Shown piece after piece: positions 50,527 to 60,482 of a stretch of 64,000 bases of DNA (position 1 is the first letter of the stretch; each line of letters begins with the position of its first letter). Source of the DNA: a virus (Duplodnaviria; Caudoviricetes); the IMG/VR virus record IMGVR_UViG_3300028048_000001, positions 210,242 through 274,241 of that record. One strand, given 5' to 3'. A model generated the notes under the pieces. That model saw only the letters and a program-made list of their open reading frames with translations. It was not told the DNA's origin and ran no database searches. The translations under genes were made by a program, and so were the position numbers.

Positions 50527-51084
50527 TTATTGATTGGTTGTTTCTTTAATATTTATTTTTCTAATAATGATTTTACCATTATATGTTTCAATATCTAAAT
50601 TATTAATATTATTATTTAATAAAGCATCTTTAAAATCTCTAAATATGCATTCTCTTACAAATAATTCTATACTATTATTATATATATCAGACTGAGTTGG
50701 TCTTACTAATAAAATAGTAGAATCAAATAAAGTAGTAATAAAACATCTCATAAGTTTTATATCAGTATTTGGTGAATAATAATAAAACACATCACGTTTT
50801 TCGTAATTATATGATCTTATTATTGGTTTTAAAATACTTCTAATATTTGAAATTTCTTCTGTAGAAAAAATAAAACTAACAACATTATCTTCTTTTTCTT
50901 TAATTATTTCATTATTATATATTTTTTCTTCTTCTTTATTATCATCTTCAGAACAGTTAAGAAAAGATTCAGATATATCAGAGGTGTTAGTATTTTCATT
51001 AGATATATTTTCCTCCTTAGAAATATTAGAATCTTCTTTCTTTTTAAAATTAAATAAAGATTTTAAAAAATTAATAATAGACAT
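50527..51084 (-). CDS. Hypothetical protein
   Basis: 185-aa ORF with AGGAGG-like SD. Confidence 0.6.
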   Translation of the reverse strand: MSIINFLKSLFNFKKKEDSNISKEENISNENTNTSDISESFLNCSEDDNKEEEKIYNNEIIKEKEDNVVSFIFSTEEISNIRSILKPIIRSYNYEKRDVFYYYSPNTDIKLMRCFITTLFDSTILLVRPTQSDIYNNSIELFVRECIFRDFKDALLNNNINNLDIETYNGKIIIRKINIKETTNQ

Positions 51085-51115
51085 AAATTATCCTCCTATA
51101 GGAGTCTCTATTATA

Positions 51116-51991
51116 TTAACTATAATTTTGAATTTCTTTAGCAATATAATCTTCAATATTCATAACTATAGTAGCATTTCCAGATTCTGTAAGTGCAATT
51201 TTATTTGGAGATATTAAATCAACCATATCTATTTTTGTCATATCAAAAGCTTCTTTTAACATATGATAATTAAAAGATTTATCTTTAATATAATCAAAAG
51301 CCATTGCTGATTCGTTAGAATGTTGAGATTTCATTGCAGAAATTACATCATTATTGGTAAATGGATAAATAGAAGATTTAGTTGCATCATTATTATTATT
51401 AAATTTAAAATTAGAAACTTTTGAAGGAATAATATCTGCAGATTCTGATATTATTCCATGAGTATATGCAGTAACATGAGATGGAAAAATTACTTGATCC
51501 CACGTAATAACTTTAAGATTTTCAACTATAGCACCTTCGGGCGTAGATCTAATAGTTCCAAGTGCTCTAAGAGAAAATGCTGGAAGAACACCAATTCTTA
51601 AATCTTTATCAAAAGCCTCACCAAGATCATTATTGGTACCCTCAAATGTTGATACTACATCATCACCTTTCATATCTAATGTGAGGAATCTAACACAACA
51701 AAGTTTTGGATCTATTGTTTGCTGAACAACAAGATCAGAAGAAAGAGGATGTCCTGCATGACCACATAATGTATGGGTTCTTAATAATTCTTGTTGTCTT
51801 GGAGCATGAATTTCTCTCTCTAAATCTTCAGTTTTATAAATTCTTCCATTTCTATTTTTAACATTACCTGTTTGTAATACACCATATCCTTTTACTCTAT
51901 CAGGATTTCCTTTATACTCTCTAATATCAAGAGATTCTATTTGATATCCAGATTCATTTATAATATAACCAATTTTATTAGAATTAGACAT
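51116..51991 (-). CDS. Prohead core protease (T4 gp21-like)
   Basis: NRNGRIY, GHAGHP, FSLRALG, ITWDQVIFPSH. Confidence 0.88.
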   Translation of the reverse strand: MSNSNKIGYIINESGYQIESLDIREYKGNPDRVKGYGVLQTGNVKNRNGRIYKTEDLEREIHAPRQQELLRTHTLCGHAGHPLSSDLVVQQTIDPKLCCVRFLTLDMKGDDVVSTFEGTNNDLGEAFDKDLRIGVLPAFSLRALGTIRSTPEGAIVENLKVITWDQVIFPSHVTAYTHGIISESADIIPSKVSNFKFNNNNDATKSSIYPFTNNDVISAMKSQHSNESAMAFDYIKDKSFNYHMLKEAFDMTKIDMVDLISPNKIALTESGNATIVMNIEDYIAKEIQNYS

Positions 51992-52077
51992 TTATTTATT
52001 CCTCCAATATTTGGATATTGCTTAATTAATAAAAAGTTAAAATAGATAAATATATATAAAAATAAAATAGAAGAGGA

Positions 52078-52485
52078 TTAATCCTCTTCTATTAACTTTA
52101 ATTTTTTAAAAGTATTTTCTAATAATTCTATGGTTATTGGTTTCATTATTACTTCATCAACACCAAATTCTATAGCTTTATTTTTTTCATTATGCCCATC
52201 TAATGAAGTTACAACTATTATTATACTTTTTTTCTTTATATCTAAATTTTTTCTTTCATATTTTCTTATATTTTCTAAAGCATGAAATCCACTACTTATT
52301 GGCATAATTACATCTAATAATATTACATCGTAAGGATCTTTTTCTATATAAGCCTTAATTGCCAAATTACTGGCTTCTAATCCGTTTTTTGCAAGATCTA
52401 TTTTATTAATTTCTTTAAATTTTGATAATATATTTTTAGTAACCATTCTTTGAATATCTGAATCTTCTACTAATAATACTTTCAT
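52078..52485 (-). CDS. Stand-alone response regulator receiver (CheY-like)
   Basis: MKVLLVEDS, ILLDVIMP..SG, VVTS, IMKP; start reassigned to 52485. Confidence 0.9.
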   Translation of the reverse strand: MKVLLVEDSDIQRMVTKNILSKFKEINKIDLAKNGLEASNLAIKAYIEKDPYDVILLDVIMPISSGFHALENIRKYERKNLDIKKKSIIIVVTSLDGHNEKNKAIEFGVDEVIMKPITIELLENTFKKLKLIEED

Positions 52486-52585
52486 ATATACTTCTTTCTT
52501 AATTAAATATTTTATATTAATATCAAGTTTTAAAAAATAAAAAAAGAAACCCATGTGGGTTTCTTTTAAAATACAAACCATATGA

Positions 52586-53593
52586 TTATTCAATATAATC
52601 AGCAAAAATCTCTTTAAGCAGATTATATCGATAAGATACTACATCTTTTGTCGTAGTACCTCTCTTATATTTGTTAAACGTTTCTTCTATTTCTTTTGCA
52701 TTTTTCTTACTAAAATAATTATTAACAGCTTCGCAGAAACCGGTCATATTTTTTTCAGAAACCAGTAATGAAATAGCAAGAACATAGCAAAAATTCTTGC
52801 CCACATCGCTAGTGTCGTTTATCTTTTTTGTTTTACTAATTCTACGGATCAAGGTCTTGATGTTGTTAAGATCTTTTTCCGTTATATTGACCACCTCCCT
52901 GTTAATTGTCGGTGTTGTAATGTCAATAACCCCATTATTTTTAATAATAAGAATCGCTCTTATTATCTGAATAATGTCGTTATTATACTTATTAATCATT
53001 GGTTCACTCATGAATGTTCTGAAAAATTCAGAATACTCATCACAGATCGATGTTAACAAGTCTAAACAACGAGGATTATACTTGAAGAAAATAATCCTCG
53101 TACTGTCAATTGCAACCATTGCAGTTCCGTTGTTAAGTCGATTGAACAGTTCGCACATACCTGTATCATCAAGATCTTCATACCTCACATAGAATACACT
53201 GTTTGTGAGGAGATTCTTTTTTAACTCTTCAGGAAGATCTTTGAAGTATTTATTCTTCAGAGGAAATCTTCTTGACTGCTTTTTGTTATCAATAAAGGTT
53301 ACCTCAAGATCATAAGTGATCTTGAATTCATTATTGATAAATGCGATTATAGTACTTAACCTTTGCTTTCCATCAATGACATAGTCTATGCCATTCATGG
53401 ATACGATCATAATCATATATGGCACAAACTGTATTAACAGTGAATGGATAAACAAGCATTTCTGCTTTGTTGTCCACACTGTTCTTCTCTGCATGGGGAT
53501 ATCAAGAGAAAGTTCTTCATTTTCCACATCCTCCACCAGGTCACGTACATTCTTACTCACATCTTTGTCATAGTAACTCTTTCTTTTTTTCAT
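52586..53593 (-). CDS. DUF262 (ParB-like/GmrS-type) domain protein
   Basis: MQR..VW, FIHSLL, VIDGKQRL, LFNRLNNG. Confidence 0.85.
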   Translation of the reverse strand: MKKRKSYYDKDVSKNVRDLVEDVENEELSLDIPMQRRTVWTTKQKCLFIHSLLIQFVPYMIMIVSMNGIDYVIDGKQRLSTIIAFINNEFKITYDLEVTFIDNKKQSRRFPLKNKYFKDLPEELKKNLLTNSVFYVRYEDLDDTGMCELFNRLNNGTAMVAIDSTRIIFFKYNPRCLDLLTSICDEYSEFFRTFMSEPMINKYNNDIIQIIRAILIIKNNGVIDITTPTINREVVNITEKDLNNIKTLIRRISKTKKINDTSDVGKNFCYVLAISLLVSEKNMTGFCEAVNNYFSKKNAKEIEETFNKYKRGTTTKDVVSYRYNLLKEIFADYIE

Positions 53594-53823
53594 TATTTTT
53601 CTCCTTTTTTTAAAATAATATGTAACACTAATGATATAAAAATAGAATCCAATATTCTATTTCATATCATTAATATAATATGTAATTAAAATATTAATAA
53701 ATAAAATAAAAATGGAGAGTGAATGCTCACTCTCCAAATATTTTTAATACATCAATATAGTAATACATTAATGTATATATTAAAAAACCTGTAGCAAAAA
53801 ATCTAAATATTTTTTGTTTCATA

Positions 53824-55056
53824 TCATACTCCCAATATAGAATCTATAATATTATTATAAGAAGAATTATTATTTTCTGTAATTTCAACAGGTTTAGCCA
53901 ATAAAGTTTCTAATTCTTCTTTAGCTACAGTCATGAAAGCTTGAGCAAAATCATTATCTGATAATAATTTATCTTTAAATCCTTTCTGAGTAAATCTCAT
54001 ATCAGGATATCCTCTAAGATTACAATAAGCTCCTTTCATTTCTATAGCACCGTTTGATTTAAGATACATAAATAAAGATAATATTTCATCAAACCCACTA
54101 TTATAACTAAATACCATAGGAACAGATCTTCCAGATGCATTTGTTCTTGATTTAATATAAGTAAAATCTACAATTTTGCCATATATACCTAAATCTTTCT
54201 CAGGTTTAAGTACAGTACCATCATCTACTCTTATCATATTATTAGCTAAGTATAATGCTGCTTTTCCACCAGGTAATGATTCATTCTGTTTAAGAAATCC
54301 TACCTGTGATTTTGTATGTACAAAAGCATTAATTTCAATTTTATCTGTAATATGATTAATTACAAATAAAATAATATTAGCTGCTTTAAGCTTAGGGACA
54401 ATACGTTTAAAAACAGCAGTATTGGTTTTAGCCATTGCTGTTGCAGTCATTTGTCCACCAAGTTCTCCACCAACATCATCTACAACTTTTTCTGGTGTTA
54501 ACATAGCTAATGAATCAAGAATATATACAGTAGGAATAAGTTTATATATCTCATTTCCTCTAGAATCTAAAAGTCCAGTATTATATTCATAATCATCTCT
54601 ATGAGATAATTTTTCATTATAAATATAATCTATTCTTTCAAAGAAATTTTCTGCAGATACACTTTGATTTCTATATATTAATTTAGAATCGATATCTTCT
54701 GGACCAAATTTAGTAAGAATTTCTCTTCTGGCAGCATTAGATCCACCTTCAATATCATCATAAAATATAGCAGCTTGAGGAAATCTTCTAACAATATTTG
54801 CTGCTATTTGAAGAGCTATTGTTGTTTTACCACTCGACGGCCTTCCTACAAAAGTTGTACTAGATCCATCTGTAATTCCAACGGCATTGTACCAAAATTC
54901 TTCTTCATTTGGTTTTTTAACATGAACTTTATATCCATTTAAATAATCAAGAGGAAGAAATCCTGTAGAATACATAACATCAGCAACAGCTTCATTCATT
55001 CTTGGGTCTTTATTTTTTGCCATTTGTGCTCTAAATCTATCAGCTAATAAACTCAT
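53824..55056 (-). CDS. recA: RecA/UvsX-like recombinase
   Basis: STGFLPLD, GRPSSGKTT, DIEG, ILDSLA, INHI, PGGKA; start MSLL after an AAGGAGG SD. Confidence 0.88.
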   Translation of the reverse strand: MSLLADRFRAQMAKNKDPRMNEAVADVMYSTGFLPLDYLNGYKVHVKKPNEEEFWYNAVGITDGSSTTFVGRPSSGKTTIALQIAANIVRRFPQAAIFYDDIEGGSNAARREILTKFGPEDIDSKLIYRNQSVSAENFFERIDYIYNEKLSHRDDYEYNTGLLDSRGNEIYKLIPTVYILDSLAMLTPEKVVDDVGGELGGQMTATAMAKTNTAVFKRIVPKLKAANIILFVINHITDKIEINAFVHTKSQVGFLKQNESLPGGKAALYLANNMIRVDDGTVLKPEKDLGIYGKIVDFTYIKSRTNASGRSVPMVFSYNSGFDEILSLFMYLKSNGAIEMKGAYCNLRGYPDMRFTQKGFKDKLLSDNDFAQAFMTVAKEELETLLAKPVEITENNNSSYNNIIDSILGV

Positions 55057-55195
55057 ATAAACCTCCTTAATTATTATATATTTTATCAAAATTATAATAT
55101 ATTAATATTTTTAAATTTGGTATTTATATGTTTTTCAAAAAATAAAAATAGAAAAACAGGATAGAGAGACAATCTCTCTATCCTTTAATATTTTA

Positions 55196-55660
55196 TTATC
55201 CAACAGCGATAGAATTATCGTCTTGTTTATCATCATTTGGTATTTCTACTTGTTCAAAATCATTATCAATAGATTCGACATTATTAATTTCTTCTTTTTT
55301 TATTTTTGATAAAGGATCAATATTATCTTTATCTTCTTTGCCTTCTTTATTAAGTCCTAATAACCCCATAGCATTCCTAATTAATTTAGCACTATATACA
55401 AGAATACCAGAAGTTATTGCTGTTTGTGGTTGAAACCCTAAACTACTTAAATCAATAATAGTACAAACATAAGCTACAATTATTAAACTTAAACATGCTG
55501 TTAAAGTTTTACATATGCCTTTAATAAGAATAGAAAATTCAAATTTTTCTCCATTGACTAAACAATTATTAGCAATACTAGTTAAAATATATCCTATAAT
55601 AACTGCAGCTAGTACTGCTATTAATTTTGTAATTTCTACAAATTGAGGATTAATATTCAT
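55196..55660 (-). CDS. Membrane protein, holin-like
   Basis: Two to three TM segments and a charged C-terminal tail. Confidence 0.5.
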   Translation of the reverse strand: MNINPQFVEITKLIAVLAAVIIGYILTSIANNCLVNGEKFEFSILIKGICKTLTACLSLIIVAYVCTIIDLSSLGFQPQTAITSGILVYSAKLIRNAMGLLGLNKEGKEDKDNIDPLSKIKKEEINNVESIDNDFEQVEIPNDDKQDDNSIAVG

Positions 55661-55689
55661 ATTACATTATCTCCTTTCATATTGTTTTA

Positions 55690-56493
55690 TTAAGTTTTAT
55701 TGCTTACGATTCCAAAATTTATAGAATCGTCTTCAAATTTAACAACAAATTCAGCAGGAATATTTAATGATTTAAATCTTTCATCAACTTCTTCTTTTAA
55801 ATCGTTTATATCATCACGATATTCTTCGGATCCTTCTTCTTTAAAATCAGGATATCCAGAATAAACGTCACCATCTACTAATCTTAAATAAGAACTTCCT
55901 TTTTTAGATTGATATCTACTTAAGGCAGATGACCTTTTTCCATCGTCATCAAATTCTTCTGTGTCATACAAATCTATATAATCACAACATTTTTTAATTT
56001 TAGGAAATTTATTGATACAAGATTTAATAATATCCCTACATCTACGTATTTCACTATTATTTAAATGCTTAATAAATTTATTGGTTTTTTCTGTTTCTTC
56101 TTCATCATCAAAAGATTCTGATAAAATATATTTATTAGCACTATTAAAAAATGTAATAGTAGAATAAATATTACTGTCTGTCTGATTATATAAAGTAACT
56201 CTACAATCTCTTGTAATATCGTTTATAGTATATCTTGCATCTGTAATTATTTTTCTTATATCATCCGCATAATCTTTATTTGATGAAGTTTTTCCAATCA
56301 TATAAAAAGCACATATATCTTTATCATTTTTACGAAAAGTAATTTTATCTTTTCTAATTGGATACAAAGTAAATAGATAATTATTTGAATTTTTTAAAAT
56401 ATTTTGTAATTTATTAAATACATTATATGCTCTATCTATTATTTTAGAATCGTATTTTGTTTTAGATTCAATTATAAAATTAAATATAGTCAT
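55690..56493 (-). CDS. Hypothetical protein with MTIF...IIES N-terminus (possible internal head protein)
   Basis: 267-aa ORF. Confidence 0.6.
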   Translation of the reverse strand: MTIFNFIIESKTKYDSKIIDRAYNVFNKLQNILKNSNNYLFTLYPIRKDKITFRKNDKDICAFYMIGKTSSNKDYADDIRKIITDARYTINDITRDCRVTLYNQTDSNIYSTITFFNSANKYILSESFDDEEETEKTNKFIKHLNNSEIRRCRDIIKSCINKFPKIKKCCDYIDLYDTEEFDDDGKRSSALSRYQSKKGSSYLRLVDGDVYSGYPDFKEEGSEEYRDDINDLKEEVDERFKSLNIPAEFVVKFEDDSINFGIVSNKT

Positions 56494-56630
56494 ATTTTAC
56501 TCCAATATTGAATTGTGGGTTTTTATTTTATATTATATATTCTTTACTAAATATAGTCATAATATATTTTTCTTTTTATAAAAAATAATAAAAAATAAAG
56601 CTCCTTACTATTGACTTACAGTTACCCTTA

Positions 56631-56760
56631 AATAATAGATGGATGTCAAGATGTGTACCGTTATCTACCATAGTAGCAGTGGGCCTAACAACGGATGCTG
56701 CAACCACTCTCATCTTGAAACGAATATTCACTTACGTTCATATCCATCCATCTATTATTC
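56631..56760 (-). ncRNA. Candidate structured non-coding RNA (~130 nt)
   Basis: GC-enriched island closed by a perfect 15-bp stem (56631-56645/56745-56759) and an inner 8-bp stem (56646-56653/56711-56718); early-type promoter directly upstream. Confidence 0.65.
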
Positions 56761-56794
56761 AATATGATAATATATAATTGAAATCTTAAAGTTT

Positions 56795-58282
56795 TTAAGA
56801 TTTATTTACAATAAATTTTGCTTTTTTCTTTTTTATATTACCATTTGGAAATTTTTCTTTTTCTATTATATGATCACTATTATAATATTTTTGTACTTTC
56901 TTTTCTAATATTTCATCACTATGTCTTCTGCTAATCATAATTCTATTATAATTAGCATCTGTAATTTCTACAATCTTATCATTTACATATTTTCTATCTA
57001 CATAAATAGCTAAATAAAAATATGAATCTGGTATCCCATCTGGTAATATTATTCTTCTTTTTTCCCAATCCATTACAATTGGAATTCTTCCTGACCCATT
57101 TATTAATAAATCATTTGTATAAACAGCAATCTCTATAAATAAATCTGGATTTATAAAATTATTTAAACTCTCTTGTATTAAATCATCTAAAGATGTATCT
57201 ACTTTAATATCAACAGGAGCAACAAATAGTTCTTTAATATCTATATATTTAACAACTTTTTCTTCTTTATCTGCCATATAATTTGAATGACCATATAATG
57301 GCCATCCTTTATAATTTTCCTCAGGAATATCAAAAAGTTTCATTGAATATACAGTAATACCTTTATTAGGTTCTGTATGAATTTCATGTTTCCAATTTCC
57401 TTCATTATAAAAAGCAAAAGTTCTAGGAGCAGGAAACCTTACAACAATCTGAAACTCAATACCAAAATCTGCAGATTTCATTCCAATTTGTTGCCCATCA
57501 TCAACATCTAAAGGATTTTGAAAATCCATATGAACTGGTAAATTTCTCATTCTTAAAAACCATTCGTAGTGTTGATTAACTAATCTAAGTTTATATAATA
57601 TTGGCATTTGAGAATGAGCATTTAAAAATCTAGTAAAATTCCAAGGATCAAGTACTTGTCCATCAGTATCTACAGCGAATCCAGCTTCTTCTGCAACTTT
57701 GGTCATTAATTTTCTATCTAAATGAAAATCACAATCTATATCATTAGTTTCTGTACAACCTAATCTGAATACTTTACGTAATCTATTATATAAATCTAAT
57801 TGTTCTGCTCTTGTGTTTACTCTAAATTTAAAATTATAATTTATAAGCATAGCTTCAAGATCCATTCCAATATAAAGTCCTCTTTTTGGACATTTAAAAA
57901 ATGATCTTTGCCAAGCAGAAACTCTAAGATATTTGTTAGTAGATAACCAATTCCAATCTAAATTATTATCGTTGAAATCATATTGTAAAGTGTAAGATAA
58001 AGCTATAGCTGGATTTTCTCTAATAGGATATTCTCCTTTGTTAAATCTACGAAAATCATCTAAAACTTCTTTTCCAGATACATGTATAGATTCAAAGAAA
58101 TCTTTTGGAAATTTACTTAATACATAAGAATATACAAATTCTGTAGCAACAGATAGAGATTGTATATATGATGGTATAAATAAATCACATTTTAATGTTG
58201 GTCTAAATCTATCTATATTAATGAGATCTAATACTTGATTATTGGATAATATTTGCTTATTATTTAAAGGAATATTTTTCAC
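56795..58282 (-). CDS. Putative virion structural (tail/neck) protein
   Basis: 495 aa, GTG start after AGGAGG, late-type promoter AACATCTCAGTA at 58315-58304. Confidence 0.55.
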   Translation of the reverse strand: MKNIPLNNKQILSNNQVLDLINIDRFRPTLKCDLFIPSYIQSLSVATEFVYSYVLSKFPKDFFESIHVSGKEVLDDFRRFNKGEYPIRENPAIALSYTLQYDFNDNNLDWNWLSTNKYLRVSAWQRSFFKCPKRGLYIGMDLEAMLINYNFKFRVNTRAEQLDLYNRLRKVFRLGCTETNDIDCDFHLDRKLMTKVAEEAGFAVDTDGQVLDPWNFTRFLNAHSQMPILYKLRLVNQHYEWFLRMRNLPVHMDFQNPLDVDDGQQIGMKSADFGIEFQIVVRFPAPRTFAFYNEGNWKHEIHTEPNKGITVYSMKLFDIPEENYKGWPLYGHSNYMADKEEKVVKYIDIKELFVAPVDIKVDTSLDDLIQESLNNFINPDLFIEIAVYTNDLLINGSGRIPIVMDWEKRRIILPDGIPDSYFYLAIYVDRKYVNDKIVEITDANYNRIMISRRHSDEILEKKVQKYYNSDHIIEKEKFPNGNIKKKKAKFIVNKS

Positions 58283-58366
58283 AATAATTCCTCCTATATT
58301 AATTACTGAGATGTTTTAGAAAAAGAGTCAGTAGAGAATAGTTCTCTACTGACTTTATTAAAATAT

Positions 58367-59401
58367 TTATACACTTAATGTTAAAGTACCATTAGAATAT
58401 GATGCTTTAATACCACCTAACGCATTAGAAGAAGCAGCAGGTAAAGTATAGGTATATTTATTAGCAGATGCTTGAATACTATTTAATTTAATTTTATCTG
58501 CAGCCGACATTAATCCATTAGTAGAAGTAGTAACAGCAGCATAAGTAGTATTGTTATCGACATTATACTTAGTACCAGCAGCCCATCCAGCACCAGTAAG
58601 AACGTATGCAGTAGTTGCATAGTTAGTATTACCAGATTTAGCAGCAGGAGCCAGTCCAGCAGCAGCAGATGTAAAGTTAGCATAAGTAGTATTAGTATCA
58701 GTATTATACTTATCTCCAGCTTTCCATCCAGCACCAGTTAATACATAAGCAGAACTTAAATAACTAGTACTACCATTCTTTGCAGCAGGAGCTAATCCAG
58801 CAGCAGATGATGTAAATGTACTATATGTACCACCAGCAGCTCCCCAAGATCCGTCACCTAATAAGCATTTAGTACTATCTCCATTTAAACTAGGCATAAA
58901 TCCAGCAGATGTTCTTGTTGCTACATTATGAGTATGATTTATATCTGCTTTATCATTAACAGCTGTAACTAAATTAGTTAATGTATCATTCATCTGCTTA
59001 ACTAACAAAGAACTAGGAACATGAGTACTATCTGATATTTGGGTATTAGATATAAGATCTGTACCATCTGAAGCTTTTAATGTGGATGTATCATGTGTAT
59101 GATCTTTATCAGATTTATTATCTTTTAAATCACTAATAGCTTCTCCTATTGAACTATATCCAACAGAACCTATATCTAAATCACCTATTATTTTATATAA
59201 ATATCTTATATTCTTAAACATAGAAGATATTTTAGTAAATATAGAACCATTGGTCTCAGAAGAAGCTAATTTAGTAACATTTGTCCAATTACTAGCAGAA
59301 GAATCATCCGTATCATTAGATATTCCAGTAAATATAGCATCTTCAGATTGGAGAATATCATATGTAGTTGTTCCAATTTGTATTTTATCAACTTGTGCCA
59401 T
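58367..59401 (-). CDS. Tail fibre protein
   Basis: HTH metal-binding fibre motifs, AAGL.PA, NTTY repeats, GLMSAADKIKL, LGGIK. Confidence 0.8.
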   Translation of the reverse strand: MAQVDKIQIGTTTYDILQSEDAIFTGISNDTDDSSASNWTNVTKLASSETNGSIFTKISSMFKNIRYLYKIIGDLDIGSVGYSSIGEAISDLKDNKSDKDHTHDTSTLKASDGTDLISNTQISDSTHVPSSLLVKQMNDTLTNLVTAVNDKADINHTHNVATRTSAGFMPSLNGDSTKCLLGDGSWGAAGGTYSTFTSSAAGLAPAAKNGSTSYLSSAYVLTGAGWKAGDKYNTDTNTTYANFTSAAAGLAPAAKSGNTNYATTAYVLTGAGWAAGTKYNVDNNTTYAAVTTSTNGLMSAADKIKLNSIQASANKYTYTLPAASSNALGGIKASYSNGTLTLSV

Positions 59402-59424
59402 ATACTATATATCCTCCTTTCTAT

Positions 59425-60432
59425 TTAAACTCTAACTGATAAAGGATTAAGAGTTAAAGTACCATTAGAATATACTGCTTTAACTCCAGAAGTATTAAGA
59501 GCATAAGTAGTATTAGTATCGACATTATACTTAGTACCAGCAGCCCATCCAGCACCAGTAAGAACGTATGCAGTAGTTGCACAGTTAGTATTACCAGATT
59601 TAGCAACAGGAACAAGACCATTAGCTGCAGATGTAAAGTTAGCATAAGTAGTATTAGCAGGTACTGACCATGTTTTATCTCCACGAAGGTAAGCACCTTG
59701 TTTACCAGCAGCAGGAGCAGGAACTAATCCATTAGTGCCAGCAGCTGAAGCTGTAGCAGCTCCCATTACACCATAAGTAGTATTAGTATCAGTATTATAC
59801 TTAGTACCAGCAGCCCATCCAGCACCAGTAAGAACGTATGCAGTAGTAGCATAGTTAGTAGTACCATTCTTTGCAGCTGGAGTTAATCCAGCAGCAGCAG
59901 ATGTAAAGTTAGCATAAGTAGTATTGTTATCAGGAGGTGTAGTCCAGCTACCATTACCATTCAAATACTGTGTAGCTGTACCTGATAAAGTTGGGGCTAA
60001 TCCTGGAGCAGCTGTAGAAACAGTAGCATAAGTAGATCCGGCTGTCCCCCATGTTCCATCACCTAATAAACATTTATCAGAAGATCCATCTAATGCAGGA
60101 AGAAATCCTGCAGCAGAAGATGTTGCTATAGGGTGTGTATGATCACTATTAGATTTTCCACTAGAAAGAGCAGAAATTGCTGCAGTAATAGTATTACCTA
60201 CTCCAGATATATCTGTAGTACCTAATTTACTATATAAATATCTTATATTCTTAAACATATTAGATATTTTAGTAAATATAGAACCATTAGTTTCTCCTGT
60301 AGCTAATACAGCTACATCTGTCCATGAACTAGGAGAAGCAGAATCTTCACTAGTACCATCAAATGTTCCTGTAGAAGAAGGAGTTATATCATATGTAGTT
60401 TCTCCAGCTTGTATTTTATTTATATTAGACAT
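59425..60432 (-). CDS. Tail fibre protein (paralog of 58367-59401)
   Basis: Shared ETNGSIFTKIS.MFKNIRYLY and AYVLTGAGWAAGTKYN blocks; GLVPAPAAGKQ..LRGD.TW. Confidence 0.8.
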   Translation of the reverse strand: MSNINKIQAGETTYDITPSSTGTFDGTSEDSASPSSWTDVAVLATGETNGSIFTKISNMFKNIRYLYSKLGTTDISGVGNTITAAISALSSGKSNSDHTHPIATSSAAGFLPALDGSSDKCLLGDGTWGTAGSTYATVSTAAPGLAPTLSGTATQYLNGNGSWTTPPDNNTTYANFTSAAAGLTPAAKNGTTNYATTAYVLTGAGWAAGTKYNTDTNTTYGVMGAATASAAGTNGLVPAPAAGKQGAYLRGDKTWSVPANTTYANFTSAANGLVPVAKSGNTNCATTAYVLTGAGWAAGTKYNVDTNTTYALNTSGVKAVYSNGTLTLNPLSVRV

Positions 60433-60482
60433 ATTAAGATATCTCCTTAATATTAAATTATTAAATTATAAAAAATTAAAAA

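Noticed and set aside
56631-56760. tRNA, retron msr-msd or SAM riboswitch
   Set aside because: No cloverleaf or T-loop, no adjacent reverse transcriptase, and no recognisable riboswitch consensus.
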